A stretch of 64,000 nt of DNA from the NCBI GenBank assembly GCA_020184695.1, contig JAANOX010000188.1:40383-104382 (forward strand). The letters are read 5' to 3'. The position numbers and the translations under genes are program-made. Numbering within the stretch: the stretch's first letter is position 1; each line of letters starts with the position of its first letter. The notes below the pieces were generated by a model. The model had not been told where the DNA came from and ran no database searches. It saw nothing but the letters and a program-made list of their open reading frames with translations. Of the stretch, positions 21,723 through 33,012 are shown in pieces. The DNA is from Histomonas meleagridis 2922-C6/04-290x. Taxonomy: Eukaryota > Protista > Parabasalia.

Positions 21723-23357
21723 ATGTTCAGGATTTATGTAATCAGTGGAAAGAATCTTCCAGCAGCAGATCGAAATGGAAAATCTGACCCCTATGCTGTA
21801 GTATATGCAAAGGCATTTGGAAGTAAAATTAAAATCGGAAAAACAAAAATAATCAAAAAAACATTAGATCCTGTTTGGGACGAACATCTCGAAAAACCAT
21901 TTGCCTTTTACTTCCCATTTCTTAAAATAATCACGATTAAAGTATATGATTATGATTATGTTGGAAAAGATGATTATCTCGGAAAAGTTAAGATAAATTT
22001 CTTGACAAATCCTTTTGAGTGCGATCGCATATCAAGCATTCCATTAAAAACAAGTCTAAAAACCAAAGGACCTCCAACTATTGAAATTATGGTATCACCT
22101 AATGCTTTTTCAGCATTTAAAACAGATGAAAAAAGCAAGAAAGATGTTGAGCGCATTGTTTCATTCCTTGAGTTCAATCCACCTTTGAAACCAGGGCACA
22201 TAATTAGCACACTTTCATATTATGTTTTTGACAGAGCTGATGGTGGCTGTGCACGTCGTGTGCCAAGAGAGAGTAATCATGATGACTATGGAATTAAAGT
22301 AAAATTCCCTCAAACGCAAGTATCTTCGACAGGAATCACTCCATATTTAACATTCAATGCCACATCTCTTCAAACGCATCCATTTAGTAGCATTCAGCTA
22401 TATTATGTTCCTATTGTTGAAATTCTTGATGGTTATACTGGTACAGTTACATTGAAATGCCTTTCTTTTGACCCAAGAGAAAACAAAATACCAACTCTTC
22501 TTTTCCAGGAGCATTTTCAATTCCAAGGGAAAGATGTTAAAAGCAGCCAATACTATCTTCACATTTCAGATGGCTGTAAGAACCCTTCTAACGTTCAACT
22601 TCCTGGCGGCCTTAACGTTCTCACTCATGGCGGTTGTCTATCGTTATCCAGCTTTAACGGAAACTTGACTGAATTTGTCGAAAGTCTCAAAGCTCAAGTA
22701 TTATTTAAAATCCGTGATGGTTTGACTCTTTTCCATCGCCTTGAAGTTGATCTTAACAAATGTTTAACACTTAACTATGTCGCGAATTATTTCAAACATC
22801 CGATTCCAAAGACCATTATATTTTATGGCGATTATCAATCACCTCCAGGATTTCCTCTTGATGAAGGAATCGAAGCTTATGACATCGATTTCAATCCTTT
22901 GGGTAACGTTTGTTTTAGCCACAGAAAAGATCTCCAAGATTGCATGGAACTTGTCGTGGACCGAAGTAAGAAGTTTGACAAGTTCAAGAACGAGACGTTA
23001 TATTTGAAGGTTAAGTTATTTGACCTTCCGCCAGAAGTTCGCTATTTGTTGGTCGGCATATCGCAATACCAGAACAAGCCGTTCCCATTGAACAAAGGCG
23101 GATACTTTAGGCTGTACGACGAAAGCGACATGTTCGAGTTTATGAATCTGACCGTCCGTGAAAAAGGCGAAGGATCAGCAGTGCTCATCTGCCTCCTGTG
23201 GAAAATGGACGACGGAGACTGGGCGTTCATGCCAATGCACAAGTCGTTCGAGATAAATGGTTCTCACGGAGGTCTGCCGCCACTTTTCGCACTCGGAAAG
23301 AAGTTCTTGACGGAATCAAATTACTTGGATAGAATGAAAGCAACAATGAGCAAATAA
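21723..23357 (+). CDS. C2-domain protein with a C-terminal TerD-like domain
   Basis: C2 motifs ADRNGKSDPY, KTLDPVW, YDYDYVGKDDYLG. The C-terminus ETLYLK..DLPPEVRYLLVGIS...FRLYD...SAVLICLLWK...WAF resembles TerD. Confidence 0.75.
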   Translation: MFRIYVISGKNLPAADRNGKSDPYAVVYAKAFGSKIKIGKTKIIKKTLDPVWDEHLEKPFAFYFPFLKIITIKVYDYDYVGKDDYLGKVKINFLTNPFECDRISSIPLKTSLKTKGPPTIEIMVSPNAFSAFKTDEKSKKDVERIVSFLEFNPPLKPGHIISTLSYYVFDRADGGCARRVPRESNHDDYGIKVKFPQTQVSSTGITPYLTFNATSLQTHPFSSIQLYYVPIVEILDGYTGTVTLKCLSFDPRENKIPTLLFQEHFQFQGKDVKSSQYYLHISDGCKNPSNVQLPGGLNVLTHGGCLSLSSFNGNLTEFVESLKAQVLFKIRDGLTLFHRLEVDLNKCLTLNYVANYFKHPIPKTIIFYGDYQSPPGFPLDEGIEAYDIDFNPLGNVCFSHRKDLQDCMELVVDRSKKFDKFKNETLYLKVKLFDLPPEVRYLLVGISQYQNKPFPLNKGGYFRLYDESDMFEFMNLTVREKGEGSAVLICLLWKMDDGDWAFMPMHKSFEINGSHGGLPPLFALGKKFLTESNYLDRMKATMSK

Positions 23358-23982
23358 CAAAATTTACTAAACTGTCTTTTTGATGACCGTTTTGCATAAA
23401 TGTCATGTGAAAATTCAAACAAAATAGTTGTTCACTTTTGATCGCTTTAGCATTATATGATATCATTTGGATATGAATATGAGACAAAGAGGAAAAAAAT
23501 ATTGAGAAGAAACTGTGAATTTAAATATTGAAAAAATGTTTCATTCCAAGAAGGAAAAATATTTTCACTATTATAAAAGGTTTGTTGTACAAGATCAGCT
23601 CAATAAATATGGTTGATAATTTATCTTTTATTTATGAACAAAATGTTTAATGAAATTTAGGTTTTCAAAGGAAAGTTTCGAATAATGTTTATCTTCGAGA
23701 GCTGAAACACGAATTTTGCTCAAAGAAGGCTGAATCAAAATGCTTAATACAATACAAATAATTTTAAAACAATTTGTTTTATTAATTGGAAAATTTTTTT
23801 TCTATAACAAGTAATCTGCTTTGAATTTTTAATGATAAAAAAAATATTATAAACATGAATAAGTATCTGTATGACTGCTTCGAATTTCGATCGTTTAATA
23901 GTATTTTCATTAAAGGATAATTTCCTTCCCTCATTCAAACACCACTAAGATAATTTTGTCCATAAAACGTTTAGAAAGTATT

Positions 23983-24984
23983 TTATTTTAACTCAATTGT
24001 TGATTCCACGGCGAAGTGATCTGATAGATAAGGGTAAGCAAAGTTTCTAATCTTAAATTTCTTCACTGTTGTGTTGAATCCTTTGATCACTTCGTCATTC
24101 TTATGCTTGAACAGCATTATGTAGTCGATGCTTTCATTCGTCATCAGCTCCTTATCGCCGGGCTGGTTCAAGACCGATGTTGTCGACAAGTGTTCGCCAT
24201 TTGATACCTTTAAAGTATCGATAAGTTCGAAATTGTCGATTTTAAGCGTGTCCAACATGTGTACATATTCCTTTCCTTCGCCAATCGAATTAATGTTTAA
24301 GTCGCCAAGTAAAATCATCGGCGAATTTCCGTTTTGATGTTGAACCATAAATTCATTAAGCGCTCTCAGTTGATCAGAACGAACACTGTAATCTGTTTCA
24401 GTAACACTTCCATACGAAGCTTGAAGATGCGTCGAGAAAACATTAATCGAATCATTTGGATTGATTTGGATTTTTGCATATACACTTCCTTTGGCAGCAA
24501 AATCATCGTAAGAACAACCAGATTCATATGTAATATCTGACGTTTCTGTAATTGGTAACTTGGAGAGTATTAAAACGCCGCTGTCAATAAGTCGCTTGGA
24601 AATAAATTTGACCGATTTGGATGAAACAATATATTGAAATCCTCGTGATTTCATTGATTTGATAAATTCTTTGACTGTGTATGATCCAAAATGAAATGCT
24701 TCATTTAAACAAACAATGTCATAATCATCAAGCTTTTTTGAAAGCATTTGTGACCTTTGTAGAATATATTCGTTTGTTCCAATGTGAAGAAGAAATGGCC
24801 TCCAAAATACATTGTATTGTAGAACTTTTATTTCTTTCTTAGATGAATCGAATTTGAACTTTCTTAAATCAGTACAAATGTCTTTATATTGTGAGAATGT
24901 AAAGAATCCGAGAATTTTAAGACATCCGAAAAGAATACCAAAAGCAAGAAATGGGAATAATGTCCAAAAAAGAAAATTTTTCAT
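23983..24984 (-). CDS. Endonuclease/exonuclease/phosphatase family, neutral sphingomyelinase-like, N-terminal TM
   Basis: LQYNV, DIVCLNEAF, DSGVLILSKLPI, STHLQA, LLGDLN, IDYI, SDHFAV. Confidence 0.88.
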   Translation of the reverse strand: MKNFLFWTLFPFLAFGILFGCLKILGFFTFSQYKDICTDLRKFKFDSSKKEIKVLQYNVFWRPFLLHIGTNEYILQRSQMLSKKLDDYDIVCLNEAFHFGSYTVKEFIKSMKSRGFQYIVSSKSVKFISKRLIDSGVLILSKLPITETSDITYESGCSYDDFAAKGSVYAKIQINPNDSINVFSTHLQASYGSVTETDYSVRSDQLRALNEFMVQHQNGNSPMILLGDLNINSIGEGKEYVHMLDTLKIDNFELIDTLKVSNGEHLSTTSVLNQPGDKELMTNESIDYIMLFKHKNDEVIKGFNTTVKKFKIRNFAYPYLSDHFAVESTIELK

Positions 24985-25286
24985 TTTGAACTGCTTTTTT
25001 CGTTGTAAACTCGATTGAAAAAGTCAAAAGATGATCAAAAAAATAGACTTCAAAAAATTTATCACCGGAAGACCAAAACTTAAATCAAATTAATGTTATT
25101 CAAGATTCTTCAAAAATATTTTTTATTTACTATTTACTATTAGGTGAAAAAAATTCAAGTATATATAACCAGTTTCGTTCTTTGTTTCACTTATCGTAGT
25201 GTTTACACTGTTCAATTTTGCGTTGTAAACTTTGGGTGGTCAAACAATTCAATTTTTTATACCTGATTGAAAATGATCACCATTGA

Positions 25287-26273
25287 ATGGCCGTCGACTA
25301 CCTCTATGTGTTCCAAATTGGTGTATCCATGTTAATCATAATTGTAATTGGCTTCATCGTGTTTAAATTCAAGTTTTTGCCTACGAGCATTGTCCAATGT
25401 CTAAATCAATATCTTTTGAAAATTTGTTATTTTCCGTTAATATTTAGAAGCATTGGAAAGAGGAAATTTGCTGATTTAAACTTCATGCCATTCGTTGTTG
25501 GAATTTTAACAACAATTGCAACACATATTTTATTATGTATGATCTTCTTATTTAAGTTTCAAGATAAATTAAAAGCGTACTTGAGTGTCACGCTTCCTTG
25601 TTCATTTGTAAATTATCTTGTTATTGGAATTCCAATTTTTAATGCAATTTGGGGTGAAGAAAATAACGTTGTTGTTTCACTCATTTCACTTAGTAATGAC
25701 CTTATGACAACTCCAATTTATTTAGTTTTATCCAACATTTACCTTGCAATCAATCAAAAAGATGATGGACATCCAAAAATTACAAAGTGTCAAGTATTTA
25801 AAAACATCATCATTCGAATTGTAACCAGCCCGATTATCATTGCAAATGTATGTGGTTTCATATGGTCTGTAATTGGCTGGGAATTTCCAGAAATTATTGT
25901 ATCACTTACAAATTTCTCAGGAAACATAGTTCTTGGTATTTCATTACTTTGTGTTGGTGGATTTATCGCACAAAACTCATTTATAGCATGCAAAATCGCA
26001 AAGCTTATTTGTTGTATGTTGATTAGACATATTGTTATGCCTTTGATTACTATGGGATTCTGTTTTGCATTAAAACTTAACAATGATCTCTCTCGTCAAT
26101 GTGTAATTTTACAAAGTTTACCAACAGGTACAACAAGTTTTGTTTTATCCAATGCTGCTGGTATTAGTCCAGGCGTTTCATCGACAATGTCGTTTTGGTC
26201 TACATGTTTATCTGTTCTTTTCATCATGTTGTGGATGTACATATTAGACGCCCTTCATCTGTGGGTAGATTAA
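25287..26273 (+). CDS. Auxin efflux carrier (AEC/Mem_trans) family transporter
   Basis: About 10 TM helices. FPLIFRSI, NYLVIGIPIF, LIRHIVMPLI, LQSLPTG motifs. Confidence 0.85.
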   Translation: MAVDYLYVFQIGVSMLIIIVIGFIVFKFKFLPTSIVQCLNQYLLKICYFPLIFRSIGKRKFADLNFMPFVVGILTTIATHILLCMIFLFKFQDKLKAYLSVTLPCSFVNYLVIGIPIFNAIWGEENNVVVSLISLSNDLMTTPIYLVLSNIYLAINQKDDGHPKITKCQVFKNIIIRIVTSPIIIANVCGFIWSVIGWEFPEIIVSLTNFSGNIVLGISLLCVGGFIAQNSFIACKIAKLICCMLIRHIVMPLITMGFCFALKLNNDLSRQCVILQSLPTGTTSFVLSNAAGISPGVSSTMSFWSTCLSVLFIMLWMYILDALHLWVD

Positions 26274-26616
26274 ATTGAAAACCCCACAATTTAAACGTCC
26301 TCCTCATAGAATTAAAATTAAAAATTATTTAAATTTTTTTTATTCATTCAAAATTCACACAAACGATAGATTATAAATTTTTTTTGACAAAACAAAAAAT
26401 CTCAAAGTAATTATTAATTATTTTTGATTAAAGATGAAATTCATGTATAATAACAAATTTTTCATTTATATTTAAAATATATAACAAAAAAATCATCGTA
26501 ATAACATATGAAGAATGAAGAAATTTTAAACAACAAACTGTGGGTATTTCGGTTAGTTATCAAAAAGTAGGTTGAAAATTTCTGAAATTTGGACAAGCCA
26601 AATTTGTTAATCCTGT

Positions 26617-27216
26617 ATGAAACACCTTAAGTGTGTCGTTATTGGAGATGGTGCTATCGGAAAAACTTGCTTATTAATCAGTTATACATCCAACGTTTTC
26701 CCAACTGACTATGTTCCGACTGTTTTCGATAATTATACTACAAATGTAATGTGTGACAACGAAGCTATCAACTTACAATTATGGGATACTGCTGGCCAGG
26801 AAGATTACAAGAAGTTAAGACCTTTAAGTTACCCAGAGACAGACATTTTCCTTATTTGCTTTTCATTGGTTTCTCCCGCATCACTCGAAAACGTTTCAAC
26901 ACAATGGATTCCAGAAATGAGGGAACACTGTAAAGAAGCTCCTTTCATATTGGTTGGTCTTAAATCAGATTTAAGAGATGAATACCAGAAGGATCCATCA
27001 AAATGTGAAGTCGGTGAAGCACCAATTTCAACCGAAGATGGTAAGGCTACAGCTTCTAGTGTTGGCGCTGCTCATTACATTGAATGCTCTGCTTTGAAAC
27101 AATACAACTTAAATGAGGTCTTTCAGCTTGCAATAAGAACTGCTTTACACCCAGCTGCAGAGAAGCCAAAGAAGGAAAGTAAGTCTGGCGGAAACAAGTG
27201 CTGTAATATCCTTTAG
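26617..27216 (+). CDS. Rac/Rho-family small GTPase
   Basis: [38 protein letters not shown], CaaX tail CCNIL. Confidence 0.96.
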   Translation: MKHLKCVVIGDGAIGKTCLLISYTSNVFPTDYVPTVFDNYTTNVMCDNEAINLQLWDTAGQEDYKKLRPLSYPETDIFLICFSLVSPASLENVSTQWIPEMREHCKEAPFILVGLKSDLRDEYQKDPSKCEVGEAPISTEDGKATASSVGAAHYIECSALKQYNLNEVFQLAIRTALHPAAEKPKKESKSGGNKCCNIL

Positions 27217-27600
27217 GAAATTGATACAATTAATTTTCTAATAATCAATTAAACGAACCTTCAGAGATCTATAACTTTCTTTTTTAATGTGATTTTAACA
27301 ATTCATTATTGATTAAATTTCTTGATCGTAAAATTTATTTTCAAATTTTTGCAACAAAAGTATTAACAAAGCTTTAAAGTAAGTCTAGTCCTAAATTTTC
27401 TTCTGTTAAATGTAAAATGAGATGAATTTTTTTCCAAAAAAGCAAAACTGACTTAAAGTGACCGTTAATACATTTTTGACTAAAAAGAAAAATGTAAATT
27501 TTTTATTTGTTTACTGCTTAATTATTTTATCTTTTACAATATATATCGCGAAAATAACTGTTCTTTTTTTAAAAAAAAAAATTTATTTTATTTAATTTTA

Positions 27601-28647
27601 TTAACATATAAAACATTTTTTCTTTTTCTTTTCCGGTTTCTCATGATTCTTTGATTCTTCATCTTCTTTCTTTGGCTTCACAGCCGGCACTAAATCTGTT
27701 GGAATTGTTGGCATTTCGTTTTTTGGTGGATCAAATGATATCACTGAAACATTTTCTTTTTCTCTTTGATTAAGTTCCTCCCAATCGAAATCTTCATCAA
27801 AGAAACAACTGTTATTATTCATACATTCGATTAAAAATGATGTTATCAATGCATAATTTGGCTTATCTTCGAACTTATATTCAAGAATTAAATCTAAAAT
27901 ATCAGTCAATTCTTTTGGCAAATTTAATGTATTAACATCTAAATTTAGTTTCGAATTATATATTACGTTTTTATCTGTCTCTGTTCCCCATGGAAGTTTC
28001 CCATTATATATTTCAACAATAGAAAACCACCAACTAATGAGATCATCTCTTCGCGAAAGTTCTTTACACTCATGAGCATTAAGAGATGCATACTTAGCAG
28101 TTCCGGCAAAGCCAACACGCGCTCGTGGTTGAACATGTTCATTTGTTTCTGGATCAATATATCGACGTGAAAGTCCATAATCAATTAAAGCTAATGGTTT
28201 AGAACGACTTGGCCTGATTAAAAAATTTGCTGGTTTTATGTCTCGATGAATAAATCCGCAATTATGAAATTCGCGAATACATCTAAGAGTTTCAACAGCA
28301 ACTATTAATGTTGTAGATAAAGAAAATTTGTTGCCACTACGGAGTTTGCGAACTGTTGTTAATGATGGGCCAAGACATTCCATCACTAAAAATCGATAAT
28401 TTTTGGTTTGACCGGAATCAATATATCGTGGAAATAAACCTGAGCCTTGGATTTCTTGCATAACCATTTGTTCATTTGCAATTGTTCGTTTGCCTTCTCC
28501 AATTGTTTCAACTTTTAATGCATATCTTTTTTGATCTTTTGTATTTCGAACATAATAAACATCTGCAAATCCTCCCCTTCCAATTAATTGTAAAATTTCA
28601 TAATTTAAAAATATTCCGCCTCTTTTAAATGTTTTTCTTTCTTGCAT
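27601..28647 (-). CDS. CK1-group protein kinase (TTBK-like)
   Basis: GRGGF, ALKVE, HRDIKPANF, IDYGL, GTAKYAS, SRRDDL. Confidence 0.93.
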   Translation of the reverse strand: MQERKTFKRGGIFLNYEILQLIGRGGFADVYYVRNTKDQKRYALKVETIGEGKRTIANEQMVMQEIQGSGLFPRYIDSGQTKNYRFLVMECLGPSLTTVRKLRSGNKFSLSTTLIVAVETLRCIREFHNCGFIHRDIKPANFLIRPSRSKPLALIDYGLSRRYIDPETNEHVQPRARVGFAGTAKYASLNAHECKELSRRDDLISWWFSIVEIYNGKLPWGTETDKNVIYNSKLNLDVNTLNLPKELTDILDLILEYKFEDKPNYALITSFLIECMNNNSCFFDEDFDWEELNQREKENVSVISFDPPKNEMPTIPTDLVPAVKPKKEDEESKNHEKPEKKKKKCFIC

Positions 28648-28673
28648 TCTTTGAAGAAATCAAACGTACATTT

Positions 28674-28681
28674 AACCGTTT
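28674..28681. promoter_or_regulatory. M3-like motif (AACCGTTT)
   Basis: About 27 nt upstream of the minus-strand kinase ATG at 28647. Confidence 0.45.
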
Positions 28682-28789
28682 ACTTGAGGTGCTCCAAAAA
28701 CCGATAGAAACAAAACACAAGAAAAGAAAAACAGCATATTTTGAAAATTTAATTGTATACAATAATTTTTATTGGAAAACCTAAAAAAA

Positions 28790-29290
28790 ATATTTTTACA
28801 ATTCATTCTGATAAAGTTATGAAGAAAATCGTCATCATTGTTTGTTAAAATTGTTTAAGAATAGCATGTGAAAGTTCCTTCATATACATTGATCAATGGA
28901 TGTAGAAACATATGCATGAGTGGAATTAATATATGAAAATGAATATGTGTTTGAATATGTGAAATTATAAATACTTAGTGACTGAAAACCAATAGTTAAA
29001 ATACCTTCACTCAGATAAACAATTATTCTATCACATGATGAAAATAAGAAAATGCACGTTCACCAAATGTTATGACATTTTCACCAATGGAAACTGTCAT
29101 TAATTTTCTACATTGTGTAAATGCATATTCGCCAAAAACTTTAACTGATTTTGGAATTGTAAATATTTGTTAATGAATAACACCTAAAAAATTCTGATTC
29201 ACCAATTGTTTGAACATTTTGCCAATAAAAACTGTTGTTAAGCCTACACAATACTGAAATGCATTACTTTCACGAAGATTAGCACTTAAT
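28790..29290 (-). pseudogene. BspA-like (TpLRR) leucine-rich repeat relic
   Basis: Reverse complement reads SNAFQYCVGLTTVFIGKNVQTIGE...IPKSVKVFGEYAFTQCRKLMTVSIGENVITFGERAF, with frameshifts and stops. Confidence 0.7.
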
Positions 29291-29719
29291 AAATATGTCC
29301 ATTGATAAAAAATTTCATTTGGAATTTATGTGATTCTTGTAGAAATAGTAACATGTTGTGTAACATTTTTTTTAATTTAATTTCTTTTAAAAAATTGTTT
29401 TTAAGAATTGATTTTTTATCATAGGTATTAAATATTTTTGAAAATAGATTAGCTAAAATTTGTAATGATGATAATCCAAATTTAATTAACAAATAGTGAC
29501 TTTAAACAAGTATTTGATATGTGTTCCCATCATGCCTATAACAGCTTTGATATGAAAATGAAGTTGATAAAATTTGTGATATAATCATTGCAAATTAATC
29601 TTATTGTCGTTGTAAGACTCAGAATTTTTTTCATTTGACATTGCATTTTTTGACTGATTTACAGTAGCACTGATTTTTCTAAGAGTAATTCCAAATACTT
29701 AAAAATACATTTTATTTAA

Positions 29720-32700
29720 TTAAATTTCATTAATTACAGTATCTAGTGTTAATTCTTCTCTTTCCGCCAGTTTTTTCTCTTTCTTTTTCCTTAAAGTTAA
29801 CTTTTCGATCAACACGAACACGAGCGCCAAGTACTCCACAATTCCAGCGTAGAACACAAACAATGCCCAAAACCCATTATGCGAGCTTAAGGCATTCGCC
29901 ACATTATAAAACTGACCAGAACTTTCTCGATCAGTCTCAATTCTCGAAAACACAAAGAAACACACCAAAGTACCATAAACGCACAAATAATGTATTGTTG
30001 TCCAAGTGTTACACATTGGTATCAATGTCAAAATTGCAGTAGCAACTACAAACGCCTGTGTCGTAAATGAAATTTCCACATAAGAAAATGAATCACCATA
30101 TGGTACTCTTACATTATTAGCCAATCTGTTTAAAATTTCGAAGATCAAAAATGACAAACCTATCGCCATGACATGTGATATGAAAAGAGACAATAAAATA
30201 TTTTTTCGTTTTAAACCATTTGAACCATAATATTCTGGCGAAGATTTTAATAATTCCAAAGGTACTTTTTGGTTAAAAATAGCGCGAGATAAAACAGGCA
30301 ACATTGTATAAAACATTAAAGTCGATAAAATTTGACTTTCATTAAATATCGGAGTTGCAGAAAAAGCGGTGAAAAAGCTATAAAAAAACATCAAATATCC
30401 TATGAAAAGGTTATAAAAGTTTCGATATTTCAAGAAAAACATTAATCTTTCACGTAACAACCCACCGTGCAGGAAAATTAGTTTTCTTAAAGTATCAAGT
30501 TTTTGTACGACTATATCACTCGAATAATTCGAAGGCGAAATAGTATCAATATTCACGGACACGCTTAAACTTGCGTTATTCATATAGATGGAATCAGAAA
30601 CAGAATGGCCGATTGCTAACACGTTTTTTTTAGCCACGTTTTTTATGATTGTTAACAATTGTCCGATTTGTATTGGGTTTGCTTTTTCGATTAATATCAC
30701 TTTATTCTTTAAAATGTCTTTAATCGAAGGAACTTTAACCAAAAATGGAATGGAATCATTATCTATTGACAAGACGTCTTTTGTATGATTTTCTTCAATG
30801 ATATTATTAATACATTGTGCAACAGTTTCAATGCTATTACCTTCAATATATGATATGTTATTCATGTTCTTAATGAAGCCTAATGATATCGCTGTAGTTT
30901 CTAATGATGAACTACGACTTGGCGATGCTAAAATCAATTGGATGTTTGCACGTTTCGCATAACTAATTAACTCTAATGCACCTTCATGTGGTTGTTCTTC
31001 AAATGCTATTAAACTTAAAAACTTTCCGCCCATTTCTAAGTTGTTAATAAAATTAAAAATATAATCAGCGCTTTCTGTTCGCGCGCGTTGCATTGACATT
31101 CGAATTTGGCGGACTTCTTCATGCGTAAATTGTTTATATGAACAACAAATAACTCTGAGCCCTTCTTCTTTAAAGGTTTGTTCAACATCAGATGGAATTT
31201 CAACATATCCACGCATAGAATCAACATCTCCACGAATAAACATTTTGACAGTGCCATCAAGATCCGCAAATATTAATGAAACACGCGGGTGTTGTGGTGA
31301 TGGTGGAAAATAATTTAAGACCATAAAACGTGCTTGTTGATCAAATATGGTGGCACAAAACTCATTGGATCGTCTCATAAAGACATACCCATATTGTGAT
31401 GCTAATTTAAGTAATGGCTCATCTTCTGGAAAATTCGAAATATAGCCAACATAATCATTAACTAAAAAGGGAACGGCTGAATGACATAAAGTAAGATGAA
31501 GGAAAAAAAGATATGTACTTTCATCTGAAACAAGATTATCATCATCAAACGCAACAAACGGACTTTGGGGTGGGTAGTAACCGTTGGCAAGGCGTCCCGC
31601 TAAACCGCAGGATGTGATCGTTTTGCCATATATTTGACCGTTTACATATACTCGGAGAACGTTAATGCCTTTATCAACCAAAAGTGATTTCGACATTACG
31701 ATCGAATCCACTTGACCAAGTTGATTAACAGAATAAATTGAAGGCACAACAGTCCCTTCATCACTTTGTATGAAAAGACTATGAATTAAAAAGATAATAT
31801 CAGAACCCCAATAAACATCTATTGGAACAAATGTTAGAAATAAGCAAAAAAAGTTTTTGAAATTATTCAAAAAATACTCTCCTATTGGAGAATCATCGTA
31901 GAAAGGCCATTTTTCTGATATTTTGCGATAGAAAATAGAAAGAGTTGCAGAGAGTAAAGCCAAAAATACAGCGAAAACCAACGAAACAACATTGTGGACA
32001 TTGAACCATAGCTCAAATCTGGAAAATTTAATAGGTGGTTCTGGATTGCATTTGACTGTTCGACAATCAGTACCAGTATAAACAACTCCACATATTACAT
32101 CACTTACTTGATATAAAGCAGAGTAGCGTTCAATAAATTGTGAGTTTCCGAGATGTATTTGCCGATTTTCAATTTCAATAGTTCCATTAAAAAGTACTTT
32201 GGAACTAATTGAGTTCGGTTCTTGAACTTCTTTTGAATAGTTCATGGTAAGTGTTATGTTTGAAATAATTTGGTTTTGTGATAAAAAATGTAAATCTTTA
32301 TGTGGATTTCGAGCTTTTAATTGGTTTGAGCCATCAATAATATGCGTATCAATAGCGCATTGACCTCCATTTGTGGTACATAACAAAACTAAATCTGCAG
32401 GAGCTACTTCGCCATTTGTTAATTTGATTATATCACCAACAGAAACTGCTTGCCATGGTATTTCTATCCAGTTGTGATCGCGAAGTACAGTAATTCTTCT
32501 TCTGTCTATTTGTTGTGTTAATTTTTTGCGCCGAAAAAATTGAATAATTTCAAGAATTCCTGAAGTAGCAAGAATAATTATAATGGGTGTAAGTGTAAGT
32601 GCCGTATTAAGAGGAAAGCTGATGAATATTTGAGCAACAAAAAATGAAAAGAAAAAAAGGAATGAAATACGTGATAAAAGAATTGGTATAAAATTTGGTA

Positions 32701-32803
32701 CTCTTGGAGAATTTGGATTTGGCTTCATGATGTTTGTTGGATATTCTGTTTCTATATAAAGAGAGCTGCGTTCCGAAGAAAAAACAACTTCTCTCATCTC
32801 CAA
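29720..32803 (-). CDS. P4-type ATPase (flippase)-like protein with degenerate catalytic motifs
   Basis: P4 architecture: W..VSVGDIIKL, PADLVLL, GVVYTG, LTLCHS, YISNFPEDEPLL, 10-TM C-terminus. DKTGT is replaced by SKSLL. Confidence 0.85.
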   Translation of the reverse strand: MEMREVVFSSERSSLYIETEYPTNIMKPNPNSPRVPNFIPILLSRISFLFFFSFFVAQIFISFPLNTALTLTPIIIILATSGILEIIQFFRRKKLTQQIDRRRITVLRDHNWIEIPWQAVSVGDIIKLTNGEVAPADLVLLCTTNGGQCAIDTHIIDGSNQLKARNPHKDLHFLSQNQIISNITLTMNYSKEVQEPNSISSKVLFNGTIEIENRQIHLGNSQFIERYSALYQVSDVICGVVYTGTDCRTVKCNPEPPIKFSRFELWFNVHNVVSLVFAVFLALLSATLSIFYRKISEKWPFYDDSPIGEYFLNNFKNFFCLFLTFVPIDVYWGSDIIFLIHSLFIQSDEGTVVPSIYSVNQLGQVDSIVMSKSLLVDKGINVLRVYVNGQIYGKTITSCGLAGRLANGYYPPQSPFVAFDDDNLVSDESTYLFFLHLTLCHSAVPFLVNDYVGYISNFPEDEPLLKLASQYGYVFMRRSNEFCATIFDQQARFMVLNYFPPSPQHPRVSLIFADLDGTVKMFIRGDVDSMRGYVEIPSDVEQTFKEEGLRVICCSYKQFTHEEVRQIRMSMQRARTESADYIFNFINNLEMGGKFLSLIAFEEQPHEGALELISYAKRANIQLILASPSRSSSLETTAISLGFIKNMNNISYIEGNSIETVAQCINNIIEENHTKDVLSIDNDSIPFLVKVPSIKDILKNKVILIEKANPIQIGQLLTIIKNVAKKNVLAIGHSVSDSIYMNNASLSVSVNIDTISPSNYSSDIVVQKLDTLRKLIFLHGGLLRERLMFFLKYRNFYNLFIGYLMFFYSFFTAFSATPIFNESQILSTLMFYTMLPVLSRAIFNQKVPLELLKSSPEYYGSNGLKRKNILLSLFISHVMAIGLSFLIFEILNRLANNVRVPYGDSFSYVEISFTTQAFVVATAILTLIPMCNTWTTIHYLCVYGTLVCFFVFSRIETDRESSGQFYNVANALSSHNGFWALFVFYAGIVEYLALVFVLIEKLTLRKKKEKKLAEREELTLDTVINEI

Positions 32804-33012
32804 AGATTTTTAACGATAGCTCTTATTCGAGAAAAAATCATTTTTTCCTTTGAACATTTTAAATCAATCATTATTTAACAAAAGACTTTAAATCAAATTA
32901 ATAAAGTGAACTAAAAAAAATATTTTTGTTGTAGAACAATTTGATTGTGAAAAATGATTTCAAAAAAATAATTTAAATATATATACATCTTTATAAAAAT
33001 TAACAAACAACA

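Noticed and set aside
27460-27467. M3-like motif GACCGTTA
   Set aside because: It lies between two convergent 3' ends. A few chance matches of this 8-mer are expected in 64 kb.
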